From Callorhinchus milii (lineage: Eukaryota), in NCBI RefSeq assembly GCF_018977255.1, contig NW_024704742.1, forward strand, positions 30,258,001 through 30,322,000: 64,000 nt of DNA, written 5' to 3'. Every line of letters begins with the position of its first letter. Position 1 is the first letter of the stretch. Made by a program: the position numbers and the translations under genes. Below the pieces are notes generated by a model. The model did not search any database. It saw only the letters and a program-made list of their open reading frames with translations, and was not told where the DNA came from. This document shows positions 1 to 25,329 of the stretch, piece by piece.

Positions 1-3000
1 TTATATTCTCATCAATAAAGGTGGAGATCACTGTAGACAAATTGTGTCTTTTTGATATTCTACCTTTTACTTCATGAGAGAGCAGTAGATGAAAGAACAA
101 ATGTTTGCATTGCACTGCAGTCAAGAGGAGTTTCATTGCAGAAGATGTTTATCTTTCAAAATTCTACGAAACAGGACATGTCAGCAGTCAAAAACTACAG
201 TGGAAACAGCACACTTATTCATAATAATAATAATAATCCCTGCATTTGATACAGCAGCTTATCACATCACTGAGACGTCTCAAAATGCTTCACAGAAAAT
301 ATACTGTAAAGTGAATTGACTGTATATTTTGTGGGTGAAACACGGCAGCCAATTGTGCACAGCAGAGTCCCACAAACAGTCGTGGATTGAGTGATCACAT
401 TTTTAATTATTTATTTATTTTCGAGGGATTTTTACCCCTGGAAAGTGATCTACTAATTGACTATCGGGTTCCTATAGTCAGGTATTCACTTATAAATGAA
501 CTTCAAATGACCTCTTAATTTTTAGTTTATGATGAATAATAAAACATGATTGAAGAAGGGTGTCTGTCTGCAGCAGTGCCATCCTTCAGACGAGTCATTA
601 AACCGCCTGTTCAGGTGGATGTTACAGAACCCAAGGCACTGCTTCCAAAGGACGAAGGGAGTTTGTCCTGGTTGACAATCATCCATATATAATTGGTCAT
701 TCACTTCATGGCTGTTTGTGGGACATTGCTGCAGATTAAATTACATTCTGATTGTGGGACAAAAGTGCCATGTTCACCTGTAAATACACAGTGAATATGC
801 CAGACTGTAAAAATCCTGTGAAGCACTTTGAGATGTTTGGAAGAAGTAATAAGGTGAATGATTATTGTTATTCTTTATCTCGCTACAACCTTTTTTTCCC
901 CTCAAAATATTTACCTCTGCTTCTTCTGAAGATCCATACCTCCCTGGCCCAAATGGCCATTATTGATAAATGAGTCTAGACAATGATCTTTGGCAGTTTA
1001 TTCAACTGAAAGGATCCAAGCTTGATCCTGTCATCACTCAATATCCACTCAACAGGAAGGGTAACAGGATACAGATCAGGAGTAGGAACTCTGGCTGCCA
1101 TCCCTTCACTAATCCAAGGCACTAAAGCCAATTCTTGCACCTCTACTACTGCTCTGCCACCTAATCTAACAGACAAGACCACTAACATGTGGATTTCTAA
1201 GTTGTTGTAGCTCAGCTACAATGAGTAAACTCACTGACCCATAGGGGGAGCAGATACTTTTCTTTTGTACCTCCATTTGAAGTTTTCATATCATTTTGCT
1301 CTGCAACTATTTTCTCCTTTTTACTAAATTAATATTTTGTGGAATCAAATTTACACGTTTTATCCCTTAATTGCCACTTGGAAACCCTTTAAGCTTTTAT
1401 TACCTGGAGATTCCTGGTACTGAACTTTCCTGGATTATGGAAGAATAGAGATTATTGCAAAAGGGAAGCAGAACAAGCAGGAGAGTAAGACTGGAAAAAA
1501 GCAACAAGGGAGTGGGACAGATAGAAGCAGATAGTTCAGGGAAAGTAATTGGGAAATTTTAGCAGTGGATCTGAGGGCTTTAATTGAGTAATACATACCA
1601 AGCAGAGAGAAGCCTTTTAAATTGCCCTCTTCATAATACACAATTCACAATGACAACTTGCATTTATATAGTGTCTTTCGACAATGATGGAGGAGGGGGA
1701 AGGGGAAGTGATTATAAGTGTGGTCAAAAAGGTAAGATTTTAGGTGGAATTTAAGATTAAATAGGTGGTGAGACTGAGGGAGTTCCAGAGGCTAGAGGCA
1801 TAATAGCTGAAGGTTCGGCCACTGTTGGTGGCATGGAGAGAGCAGAGTGTGTACAGCAAGCCTGAGTTAGCCGAGCAGAGGGAATGAGCAGAAGAGTAGG
1901 GTAGGAGAAGATCAAAGAGGGAGGTGCAGGGATGTGAAGAGATTTATAGGTGAGAATGAATAATTTGAAGTCAAACAGACACTATATAGTTTCATTAAAC
2001 AGCCTGATGGAGAGTTTCTGATGAATTCTGTCTTCCTCAGTGTTCCTCTCATTCTTTAAAACTAGAAATTGGCAAATGAAGCTATAACCTGGTCTGAAAA
2101 ACAAGAGGAAAATCACCTTCCTCTGTGAAACTTCCTGATCTTTTGGATTGTTTGCATATATTAGAGTTGTGTTTGTTTGGAATGTCGGATACTTTGCAGA
2201 TTCCGTCAACTTGGGAAGCTTGGAAAACTGTTGCTGGTACATGATGAAATAAGTTATTTTATTGGTGTTAAAACAGCTTGTATTAGAAAGGCCTACGTCA
2301 CAACTTTGAACTTAGAGTTTAGGCTGATAGTTCAAAACAGTGCTGGCAAAGCACTGTATTTTTGGAGGTACTGTAAACCGAGGTCCTGTCTGCCTTTTTA
2401 GGTGGATGTTAAAGATCTCATGGCACTGTTCTCACTTGTATTTTTTGAACAAAAAATTATGGTTTTCTGCATGTGTCATACACCCAGAATTTTTCTTGAA
2501 TTGCTCCTGAATCTGCACAAGCTGTTGTCAAAGACATTCTCAAAAGGTAATGTGAATACGGTTTGAAATAATAATTCTTGCTTAAAGTAAAGGCAGAAAA
2601 CAAAATAAAAACAAATAAAACGATAAAGAAATAGGTACTCTGTGGGCAAGGAAGAAAAAAAGAACTGAAGTAAACAAACTGAAGCCATGGTGAACTCACA
2701 GGGAAATCTGTCAGCAGAATCTATTAATAAATAAAATATAACCATTACAATGATAGAACAGTCTGAAATGAGAAACATGATCTGAATCAGTACTGCATCA
2801 ATGTCAATTTTCTAATTCGAGTACTGGCAGAAGATTTTTCTTCTTTTACTTTGTTAGCAGATTTAAGGCAGTGAATAATGATAATAATCCTTCATTTGAT
2901 ATAGCACGTCGGAAGGGTGTCTCAAAGCGATTCACAGAATATACCGTGAAATGGAGTGACTGTGCATTTTGTGGGTGAACACTGCAGCACAATGGGGTAC

Positions 3001-5996
3001 AGCAGTGTCCCACAAACAGCCATAAAAAAAACAATAATAATTTGGTCTGTTTGTGGGACATTGCTGTGTACAATTGGCTGCCATGTTTACCTAGAAGTAA
3101 GTAGGAACCTGGTCATTAGTCTATTGGTGGATTGCTTTCTGGAAACTCAAAAAAAATGTGCTAACTCAATCCACGACAGTATGGGAGACACTTCTGTGCA
3201 CAATTGGCTACCGTGTTTCACCCACAAAATACACAGTCAATTCACTTTACAATATATTCTGTGAAGCACTTTGAGACGTCTAGAAGACTTGAAAAACGCT
3301 ATATCAAATGCAATGATTATTATTATTATTATTATTATAATAAAGTGAGTGACCAATTTTATTTGGGGGATTGCTGGTCAGGACACCAGAGAAACTCCCT
3401 TCTCTTTTCAAATCGTGCCATGGGATCTTTAACGTCAACTGAAGAGACAGATGGGACCTCGGTTTTATGACATTAGAAGTGTTCCCTAGTCAAGGTGCAG
3501 TGGATAAATCTTTGTCGATTGGATTCGTTGCTGTAGCGTTCCATATAATAAGGATAAATGGATTGTGCTGCAAGTTTAAACATGAAGCTGAACCATTCTT
3601 TGCATGGGTGTGGTTCAAACGATGGGCCTGACTCTTCAGACTTGATTTGTAGTAGCTATAAAGGAAGAGTTGAGATTAGGTGGGGAAAATACAGTATGCA
3701 ATGTGATAATTATGCAATGGTCAGAGAACATGGTTGGAACGTGCCTTTAAAATCTGTCTTCATGTCAGGTTTTGGGCTAACTACCCCTTTTGACCTCTGG
3801 AGAATGGCTTTGACCACAGGTTTTGCAGATTCAAGAGTGATTCCTTTTTATCTTTGGTCAGCCGATGTCTGACACGTGCTGAAACACATCACCATGCTTA
3901 AGGTTATGTAAATCACAGAGCTCCATGTATGTATGTCACCCACAGGAATGAAATGCACACTCTCTCCCTGGAGGGACGCACCTTACGTACTTTATTCTGA
4001 AGCATTTTAGGCACAGGTTTGGCAAGAGCCAAGGCTTGGGGACACCAGAGTGTGTTCTGAGATACTGCTGCAGTTTAACAACATAGGTTGCCATGGTGAG
4101 CAGGGTCTGGCAAGCTTCAAGTTGTTTGTCCAGCTAGGAACAACCTACACATTAGAACTAAGAGACGCTACCCTACGTGGAGGGCGATATATAAATGCAA
4201 TATGCTGTTGTTGTTGTTGTTGTTGAGTGGGAAGGATCCCTGCCCCCAATGACGAATCTGCCCTTCCAAAGTTGTGCTGATGAGCCAGGCTGGTTGGGCT
4301 GTCATCAGCAGTGGTCTGGAGTGTCGCAGACCTGTCTGGCTCAGGAACTGGGTTATCGAGACCACTACAGAGGGTTGCCTTGATTCTGGCGTTCCATTAC
4401 CAAACTTGTCACATTGGAACCACCTTGGCTCTGAGAAGACCTTACTTACCCCCTACCACAAGGGGAGGGTGGTCGGTAGATGCTAAGAGCGACTTCATAT
4501 TTTCAACTGAGTAAGGATTAGGGCCTGTAGTTATTCCTGGCTTTGGGAATATCACTTAAACTCTGTTACATCAGATATATCATCTCAAATTGTAAACTTT
4601 GTTAGGAGACTCCCTCCACTATCGCTACCACGATGTACCCCGTTCCCTTTCTAAAATCTATCAGAAAAATTGCTGGGAAAGGAGTTGTCAGGAATTTCAA
4701 TTAGTATTTTCAACATTTTGATCAGCTCTGGAAAAGTTGATCAGCTTTCAAAAACCATCTATGGATTAAAAATTAAAGTATATAGTTTTCCTGGCTAGCT
4801 GCTGAAACTTGAACATCAACAAAGAATGTTGACACATGTAGACAGAGATCATTTAAAATAAAGTACTGGATTCTGTACATTTCCAGCACACAAGAGTTAT
4901 CTAAACTGGCAGGTCATGAGTCATACCAAACGTTGAGTAATGTGGAGTGCATTTGATGGCATACGCAGAATAAATGACAGCCTACTTTGGTAGCACCTTC
5001 TGCATGGCCATCTTTCACAGCAACAGAGCCATCTAGCGTTCCTTTAGGGGTAAACAGCAATAACATTTAGCAGATATCTCAAAGCAGCAGGCAGCTCTAA
5101 AAATATCCTGTTCAGAAATATGCAGTCACGACACTTCACAGTAAGATTCTGTGAAGTGCCTTGAGGCGGCTTGACAACGTAATAAGGCTATATCAAAGGC
5201 AAGGATTATTATATATTATATTACCAGCAGCTCACTCACAAAAAAAGGCAGTTTCCAGGTGCCTCATGATGTTAGATCTCACATTTGTCAGTAAATCAAC
5301 TTTCTTCCCCTTTTAAATTAATTATAATTATTAATATTCATGTATACATTAATATATACAATATAGTGTCATGTGGCCAATCTTTGTGGGAGCCTAGGTA
5401 GTGAGTGCTTCTTGACAGACTGTTCTGTAATTAATGGCATCATAGCCAAGTCCAATCTAAGTCATTGCTTATATAATGTCCAGTGTCAGCTTCTAAAGTC
5501 CTATTACCGCTAAGTTTTTTTTCTATTGTACGCTGACCAACAACTGAAACATGAGGAAGAATGATGATAATTGTATTTGGAAGTGCTTAATTGTATTCAG
5601 TACAAGTGTTTACCTGTATTTAGACGTCCAGAGTATCGATGTAAGCATCATCATTTTCAATATCTTCCGTAACATGGATAGAGTGACGAGGAGGTTACTG
5701 GTATCAGACATTGTTACACTCGACTCATCTGCAACAGAAAATAAAAATTCATGTTAAGAAGAAAAACGAAACAAAATAGGGACACTAGGACTTTGTGGAC
5801 ACCCTGTAGATTTTTGATGTAGAATGACACAGCAAAAGGTAGACAGTTGTCTGGTACTCTCTCAAAAGAGATAAAGGCATAAATAAACAACGCATCTTGG
5901 GATCCAAACAACCATGTCGACCTTGTAATAATATTAATCCTTGCATTTAATATAGGACCTGTCATGTTGAAAGGATATCTCAAAGCATTTCACCAT

Positions 5997-6300
5997 GGTG
6001 TCCTGTAGCTCAGTGGTCAGAGCACTTGCCTCACAAGCGAGAGACGTGGGTTCAATTCCCGGCAGGGCGAAACCTTGGGCAAGTTTCCTTATTCCACACG
6101 TCTGATAATAATCCCTCAAGAAAAAAAACAATAATAATTTGGTCACTTCAATCCAGAACTGTTTGTGGGACACTGCTGTATGCAATTGTCTGCCGTGTTT
6201 CGCCCACAAAAATGCAGTCAATTCACTTTACAGTATATTCTGTGAAGCGCTTTAAGATGTCTAGAAAACGTGAAAAGCGCTATATCAAATTCAAGGATTA
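5997..6300 (+). mobile_element. tRNA-Ala SINE inserted in an older minus-strand SINE
   Basis: Head TCCTGTAGCTCAGTGG and tail AAATTCAAGGATTA; the flanks continue an older SINE tail. Confidence 0.85.
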
Positions 6301-6419
6301 AAGTGTAGTGACTGCATTTTGTAGGTGAGTTTAATCAATATAATACAAGATTTTTAAAATATCAGAATGTCTATCAAATAAGTTTTGTTTGGGGGTAGGT
6401 GTTATTCCTCAGGGTTATC

Positions 6420-6760
6420 CAAAGGCCGAGTAGGTCAAGGCACAATTAGGTGTAGTACTGAATCATGCCGACCAGAAGGCTGCAGATATGATTTGGCTGA
6501 TTCTGAGTCTATGCTGAGTTGGATGTAAACACCAGGGCAGCCACAATTGGTCCCAAGTTTTCTGAGTTGCGTGGGGCAAAATCAGGCAGAATTCTCACTC
6601 TGATTGCTATCTGATCAACTGTGCTCTATAATGTGTACATGTATGCTGGATGACAACAGGACTGGACTTAACCGTTATGTCCTTCATCACTGAATAGCTT
6701 GGTAAGTCTCACTCACTATCTTGGCTCACATATAAATAATAGCCACAGGGGCCAGGTACC
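6420..6760 (+). mobile_element. Ancient SINE resembling AmnSINE2 (further degraded copies on - at about 945-1230, 5375-5470, 10620-10780)
   Basis: Blocks GTGTAGTACTGA...GACCAGAAGG...TGCTGAGTT...ACAATTGG...AAAATCAGGCAG...GGCTCACA...GGTACC match the family as I recall it; the copies cross-match each other. The family name needs a Dfam check. Confidence 0.55.
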
Positions 6761-7333
6761 AGCATTCATATACCTTCTGCATATTTGTGGATGCTGCTAT
6801 TGCACAAAATAGCATCTGGTGTTTGCCTCAAATGCTATACATAGTCACTACACTACTGCTTCCAACATTATAAGTTATCTAAATGTGTCATAAAGACCAA
6901 TTGGATGAATAGCCTATGAGTTGCTAACAATGCAATTAGATTTTTAAAAAAAATATCATTTGTTTTGGTCATTTTAGTTTTTTTTACACATGACAAAATC
7001 AGTAGGAGTTTGGAGGGGGAGTCCGGGGGCAGGGATTCTTCCTACTCAGCTCCTGTTAACCCTGCAAGTCAAAGCCGTAGCAGGTAGTGTGGTCCTGGCT
7101 GAACAAGCAGCAGGACATAAAGCAGGTTATGTCCTGGGAGAGAATAATAAGACTGCACATTCCTTAATAATACTAATAATAGTAACAAGTTGACTGCTCA
7201 CTCACTTCATTCTAAGACAGAGCAATTTTCAAGTGTGTAAATTTCAATCTTAAGCATAGTGTGTCAGCCACCTGACACGTATGAATCCCCCCCCAAATCC
7301 TGTTTGCCACTCCTGCATAAATATAACAAATTG

Positions 7334-7653
7334 GGAGTCCCGTCGCTCGGTGGTTAGAGCACTCGCTTTGCAAGCGAGAGACCCGGGTTCGATTCCCGGC
7401 AGAGGGCGAATCCTCGGGCAAGTTTCCTGACTCCACACGCCTGACAATAATCCCTCCAAAAAAAAAAGAATTGGGTCATTTCAACCCACGACTGTTGGCG
7501 GGACGCTGCTGCGGGCAATTGGCTGCCGCATTTTCTCCCACACAAACAGAGAGTCGGGGCACTTTGCGGTCTGTTCCGCGAAGCGCTCTTTGGGTCGTTG
7601 AGAAGACGCGATAAGGCGCCATAATCAAAACTGCAGGCGGTTACCGTTATTAT
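7334..7653 (+). mobile_element. Same SINE family, GC/CpG-enriched copy
   Basis: Colinear with 7654-7992 over its full length, with many A/T-to-G/C differences. Confidence 0.9.
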
Positions 7654-7960
7654 GGAGTCCTGTAGCTCAGTGGTTAGAGCACTCGCTTTGCAAGCGAGAG
7701 ACCCGAGTTCAATTCCAGGCAGAGGGCGAAACCTTGGGCAAGTTTCCTTACTCCACACAGAGCCTAATAATAATCCCTCCAAAACCAAAAACAATAATAA
7801 ATTGGTCATTTTCAATCTACGACTGTTTGTGGGACATTGCTGTGCGCAATTGGCTGCCGCGTTCGCCCTCAAATATACAGTCAATTCACTTTACAGTGTG
7901 TTCTGTGAAGCGCTTTGGGACGTCCTCCGGACGTGAAAAGCGCTATATCAAATGCAAGGA

Positions 7961-7992
<32 letters not shown>
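7654..7992 (+). mobile_element. Full-length young tRNA-Ala(TGC)-derived SINE with Deu-like body, L2-type tail and (TTA)n
   Basis: A box TAGCTCAGTGG, anticodon arm CTCGC-TTTGCAA-GCGAG, B box GTTCAATTCC; body TGTTTGTGGGACATTGCTGTGCGCAATTGGCTGCC; tail GCGCTATATCAAATGCAAGGA(TTA)n. Confidence 0.92.
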
Positions 7993-7994
7993 CC

Positions 7995-20200
<12,206 letters not shown>

Positions 20201-20274
20201 GGCCAAAGCATTGCACACTCAGAAGATGGTTTGTAACTTTATATTTAAAAACGTGACTTCAAGTGATGCGTTGA

Positions 20275-20365
20275 AATAAATGGTTGAACATCTGTGGTGT
20301 CAAATGTATGTTTTTAAAACCATGTCTAATAGACCCTTTCTTTAACTCCAACTCCCTTGAATAAA
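20275..20365 (+). terminator. Candidate polyadenylation signals of ZNF330
   Basis: AATAAA at 20275-20280 and 20360-20365, 75 and 160 nt after the stop codon; GT/T-rich sequence follows. Confidence 0.6.
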
Positions 20366-20654
20366 CTTAATTTGCTGTTTCATTGATACAGTCCAGTTAT
20401 TCATCTCAATAGAAGTAATGTTTTCTGGCTGACTGGCTGGTATGTTGCAAAATATGGACATTGAAATGCCTCAAATCCTACGTTGGCTAGAGAAATTTGC
20501 TATGGTAATAATTTTCTCAGAAGCAATTTTTTTTATGTTAAGTTGTGAGGTGCTTGACGTTTTCTGTGTGTCAGGAAGGAAAGCGCGTCTCTTACCGACC
20601 GTGTCCTTAATAACCCCCGGCTCCTGCCACTGCAGATAGTGAACCGCCCGGCTG

Positions 20655-20885
20655 ATTGGGAGAGAGGAGGATTGGGAAGGAAAGTGAGAGAGGTGGGAAA
20701 GGGGGAATGAGAAAGACAGGAGAAGAGAGCAGAGCGAGGGAGTGATTTGAGTGCGTGAGGGGTTAGAGTGGTGGGAGAGGGAGAGAGAGTAATTGAGAGT
20801 GTGAGGAGGAGAGGTTTGAGCAATTGAGATGGGAGAGAGTGTGAGAGGGATGAGGGATTCTGAGAGAGAGAGAGAGAGAGGAGAA
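20655..20885 (+). repeat. Purine (GA)-rich low-complexity tract
   Basis: Mostly G/A, ending in (GA)n. Confidence 0.8.
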
Positions 20886-22249
20886 TTGAGGCCAGTGTTC
20901 CATGGTTCACTCAGTACACCAATCGGAGCTTCCTTCGGCCATCGCGGTGGGTGGGGAGGGGGGTTCGAGCACAGACACCGAATGAGGTCCCATGCAGTTT
21001 CCTCACAGAAAGCTCCCTCTTTCCCCAGTGAAAAACTTTTCTACGTCCTTCATTCCAACCCCCCTCTGCGACCCCCTGACCTGGATGTTCCTTTTGCAGA
21101 GAAAATACCAGCTTGCTTTATGTCCCCCCCCACCACCCCATCTGCCCCAACATCGCCATTTTGCCCCCACCCACCCGCTCTCTGGAGGTCCTTTCCTGAA
21201 GTCCCTCTGACTGCCTACCTCACCACTTTCAAGGCAGATCAAGACGTAACTGACCACACTTTCGGTCATCTTTTGCCCTCCCCATCCCACCTCCCTCAGC
21301 TCCCATCCCCAACTCAGGCGCCAGCTGACAGTGTCAAGTGCTTTGATATGTCATGCCAACATGAAAAAGGTGCTGTTTAAACATTGTTATGTTTCTGGAA
21401 GGGATGCACAAAATTTGCTTTCTCAAATAGGGAATCCAGCCCGCGGCAGACCAAAGTTAGGACCACTCAGCACTATACTGTCAGATACTCTCATCGTTCA
21501 CAGTATTAAGGTCTCAATCTTTAGTTAAATTGACATATTTTTAAGTTTCTAAGGATAGTAACGAATCGACTGCCATCAGACTGTTTGCTGACAGTCTGAC
21601 CCCGCTGAGCAGACTTTGAACCGCGGGCTTTAAGTGAGCGCATGCAAAGCTGTGCTTTCCCTGATTTAACACATGGTATGCATGCAACTCTGAAGCCTGA
21701 CTTCACTGCTCTAAAAATAGTGCTGCCATTATAATAGTGTTGCAGCTGTTCTATTATATTAAACTACTCAAAAGAGAACTCGATCTTGTGATAAAACCTG
21801 CATCTATCCTTTTGCACCCTCGACCTATATGAAAGCTATAAATTTTGGTGGTTTTCCCATGATCTCAATCCTCTGCCATGTGTTCCCCAACAACACGCTG
21901 CCAACTTGTGCCACAAGGTTTTGCTGCCTTGCTCTTCCACTTTCAACTCGGAAAGATGACAACTATATGTTATTTCAAATCAACGTAAAACCTTTATGCA
22001 CAATGTTTGTTTCACAGAGGAATAAATGTTTATGTCAGAGTGAATGAGTGCCTCAGGGAGGCACTGGCAGGCACATTCCTGCATGTGGTATGTCACATTT
22101 TCGATAATTGGCATTTGTTAGGTTGTTCAGTCATTTTGTTTTGGAGGGCCTTATTACATTTGCTGTGAATAGAGTATAGGTAAACTTGACAATTTTCAAT
22201 AGTAACCTATATTTGTGTTTCTTCCAATCTCTGCAAATTGACTGAAAGT

Positions 22250-24270
22250 GTAACTGAAAATGTAGATCTAGCCTTGGATGCTGTATATTTGGAATTGCAA
22301 AAGGCATTTGGTAAAGTGCTGCATGGAAGTAGAGAAACTCGGGGCACATGGAATAGGGGGAAACATGGTCATTTGGATAGAAAGGTGGTTGAAGGATAGA
22401 AAGCTGAGAGTAGGGCTTGTTTTCCTGTTGGAGGAAGTAACGAGTGGAATGCCACAGGGGCCTTTTCTTTATTCCATATATATATCAATTGCCTTGATTT
22501 GGATATAGGGACATGTACGGTAAGTTTGTGGATGATATGAAACTCGGAAGTAAGGTGAATAGTGATGAGTGTGGCAATAGACTGCAAGAGGATTTAGGAT
22601 TAGGAAAATAATAATATAATCCATTCAGTTGATATTGTGCCTTATCATGTATTTGAGTCGTCTCAAAGCTACACAATAGGCTGATCAAGGCAAATTAAGT
22701 TTAATAAAGCAAAATGTGAGGTGATTAATTTTGGATGAAAAAAAAAGGAAGGGATAATGTATTGAATGCCAGTATCTTGGAAGGAGCAAAAAGATTTGGG
22801 AGTTCAGGTGCATAAATCATCGAAAATGGAATCACAAAAGTGTCTTTTTCTGTGTTGACTCCAAGGTCTAGTGGTTTCAGCCACCACATAATCAATCTCA
22901 CAGAGACTAATTTAGATTAGCAGTTTATTATCAGCACTGCAAGGGTACAGAAAATACATGGTTACTTAATCTGGAGAGTACAGTGCCTTCAGCTCACTGT
23001 TGTTGAGTCTGCTCTCTACAAACAGCAACTACTCTTGAGTTACATTTATACCCAACTTGATCTCAACGTTCAGAATTTAGCATCTTTTTAATTATGGCTG
23101 CAAAGCGCTCTGGGACTCTACCCTGTGTGAGGTACCATGCAACAACATGTTGCTGCAGCAAAGCCATTTGCTGTATTCCTGCCAGGGCGAAATGTTGGCC
23201 ATGTTTCCTTACTCCACACGCCTCTGTTTACCTAGCAGTAAGTAGGAACTTGGTTGTTAGTCGATTGGCGGATTGCTTTTCCGGGGATAATAATTTCTTT
23301 AAAAAAATTGGTCACTGTAATCCACGACTGTTTGTGGGACACTGCTGTACGCAATTGGCTGCCACGTTTTGTCCACAAAATACACAGTCAATTCACTTTA
23401 CACTATATTCTGTGAAGCGCTTTGAGATGTCTCGAAGATGTGATAAGGCGCTATTTCAAATGCAAGGATTATTATTTAGTTATCACATACAGTCTGTCTT
23501 ATTTCTGCATACTAAGACCATCTTGTTATAGATACCTCTGCCTTAAAAAAATGCACCAGACAAAAGTGAGAACATTAACTACGAAAAAGACAGCATCTAG
23601 CAAGGTTAGAAAAATCACACAAGTCCAATTATCAACAAAATTTCACGTAAAGGTAAAGCAGTACATATAACCAGTAATTTTCCATTATAGCCAAGATGCA
23701 AAGCAATACAACAGCACAATGGTCAACTCAACACACTGGTCACTAAAACAACAACTTGTATTTATACAGCGCCCTTCAAGCGACGTAGTGTCCCGGGATA
23801 TATTATAATACATTAGAATATACAGCTCAGAAACAGGCCATTCGGCCCAACTGGTCTATACTGGTATTAATGCCCACATGAGCCTCCTCCTGCCCTTCCT
23901 CAACTAAGCCTTCAAGCATAACCTTCTATTCCTTTCTCCCTCGTGTACCTTTCCAGTTTTCCCTCAAATTCATCTTTGCTATTTGCCTCAACAACTCCTT
24001 GTAGCATGTTCCCCATTCCCACTACTCTCTGTGTGAAGAAATTTCTTCTAACTTCCCTATTTGCATCTATTTGTGACTTATTTTATATTGATGGGCCCTG
24101 GTTTTGGTCTCTTCCACAAGTGGAAACATCTTCCCTATGTCTACCCTATCAAAACCTTTCATCATTTTAAAGACCTCTATCAGGTCACCTCTTACCCTCC
24201 TCTTTTCAAGAGAAAAGAGTCCAAGTATGTTCAGCCTTTCCTGATAGGTATAACCTCTCAGTTCTGGGAT
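22250..24270. mobile_element. Decayed CR1 fragments (+ at about 22250-22830; - at about 23810-24270)
   Basis: HGIGGNMVIWIERWLKDRKLRV, VTSGMPQG; CR1 3' UTR GAAACAGGCCATTCGGCCC. Confidence 0.7.
23160..23478 (+). mobile_element. Longer SINE subfamily carrying an extra central block (also about 3080-3340, 29505-29680, 43400-43555)
   Basis: CCACACGCCTCTGTTTACCTAGCAGTAAGTAGGAAC...GATTGCTTTTCCGGGG lies between the head and the Deu-like body. Confidence 0.8.
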
Positions 24271-24409
24271 GCTTGAAACTGAGCAATGATCTTGAAATGG
24301 AGACTATAAAATAGAAGTTCTGAGAAGATAAATTGAATGTGTTGAGAGTAAATCTCCTTTGATTATTCAGTGTGTACCAGAGGATTGTATGGGAAGAATA
24401 ATAATCCTA

Positions 24410-24842
24410 ATAATAATTGTTGCATTTGGTATAGCGCCTTTTACATTGGGAGAATTTTCCAAAGCCCTTCACAGGATTTTTCTGTGAAGTGCATTGACTG
24501 TGCATTTGTGGGTGAATGCAGCAACCAATATGCGCACAGCAATGTCACACAAATAGCCATGAAAGGATTAAGAATTTTTATTTGGGAGATTGTTAGCCAG
24601 GACACCAGGAGAAACTCTTCTCTTTTTAAGTAGCCATGGGGTCTCTAACGTTCCCCCTAACAGGCAGACAGGACCTTGGTTTAACATTTCATCCAAAGAA
24701 CGGCACTTCCAACAATGAAACACACCCCTATCATTGCCAAGTTTCAGCATAGACGAGATGAATTTCAAGTCTTGACGTGGGGCTTGAACCCAAAACTTTC
24801 TGATTCAGAGGCAAGAGTGCTGCCAACTGAGCCAGCCTGACA
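24410..24842 (-). mobile_element. Older DeuSINE-type SINE with a different tRNA head (similar copies at about 48300-48775, 31530-31878, 11230-11450, 34955-35270, 38270-38595, 51790-52050, 52860-53180, 53980-54230)
   Basis: Reverse strand reads GGCTCAGTTGGCAGCACTCTTGCCTCTGAATCAGA...GGTTCAAGCCCC, then Deu core GATGAAATGTTAAACCAAGGTCC...CCCATGGC...TTCTCCTGGTGTCCTGGC and the same 3' tail. Confidence 0.8.
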
Positions 24843-25329
24843 GATAATGAGACAAAAAGAAGACGAAGCAGCATAGTTGGCACATAACTTGGCAGGCACT
24901 TTGTGCTCTGAGGCAATTCTATTAAATGTTGTTCATGACTCCAGAAACTTAATAGTTCTTTACAAGTATGTACCAGCAGTGTGCACTTTCGTGTTCATTA
25001 ACATGCTGAACTAACGTTAGTCATCAATGAGAGCTGAACAGTCAGAGGGTAATTGTCATCCTTGCACAGTTTTACAGTGGGGAAAAAACACTCAATCCAC
25101 ACAATCCCCTAGAAATCATCTCTTCAGTGCTATGCATATGTCACCTGCACACAGGGTCAGTTCACTTTACTGTGAAGGGCTTTGAGACATCTTAACAATG
25201 TGATATCGCGATATGTGATAATGCAAGGATTATTATTATTATTATCATTATCATTATTATCCGCTGTACATTTTCAAAATGACGAGCGAGTGCAGCATAG
25301 CATGGTAAAACGGGGTCAAGTAAACTGTG

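Noticed and set aside
1..7300. RNF150 exons expected upstream on the - strand from tetrapod synteny
   Set aside because: No recognisable PA-domain or RING coding sequence; the region is repeats and AT-rich DNA.
7654..7730. tRNA-Ala(TGC) gene
   Set aside because: The anticodon arm is intact but the acceptor stem does not pair. It continues into the SINE body and tail, and is multi-copy.
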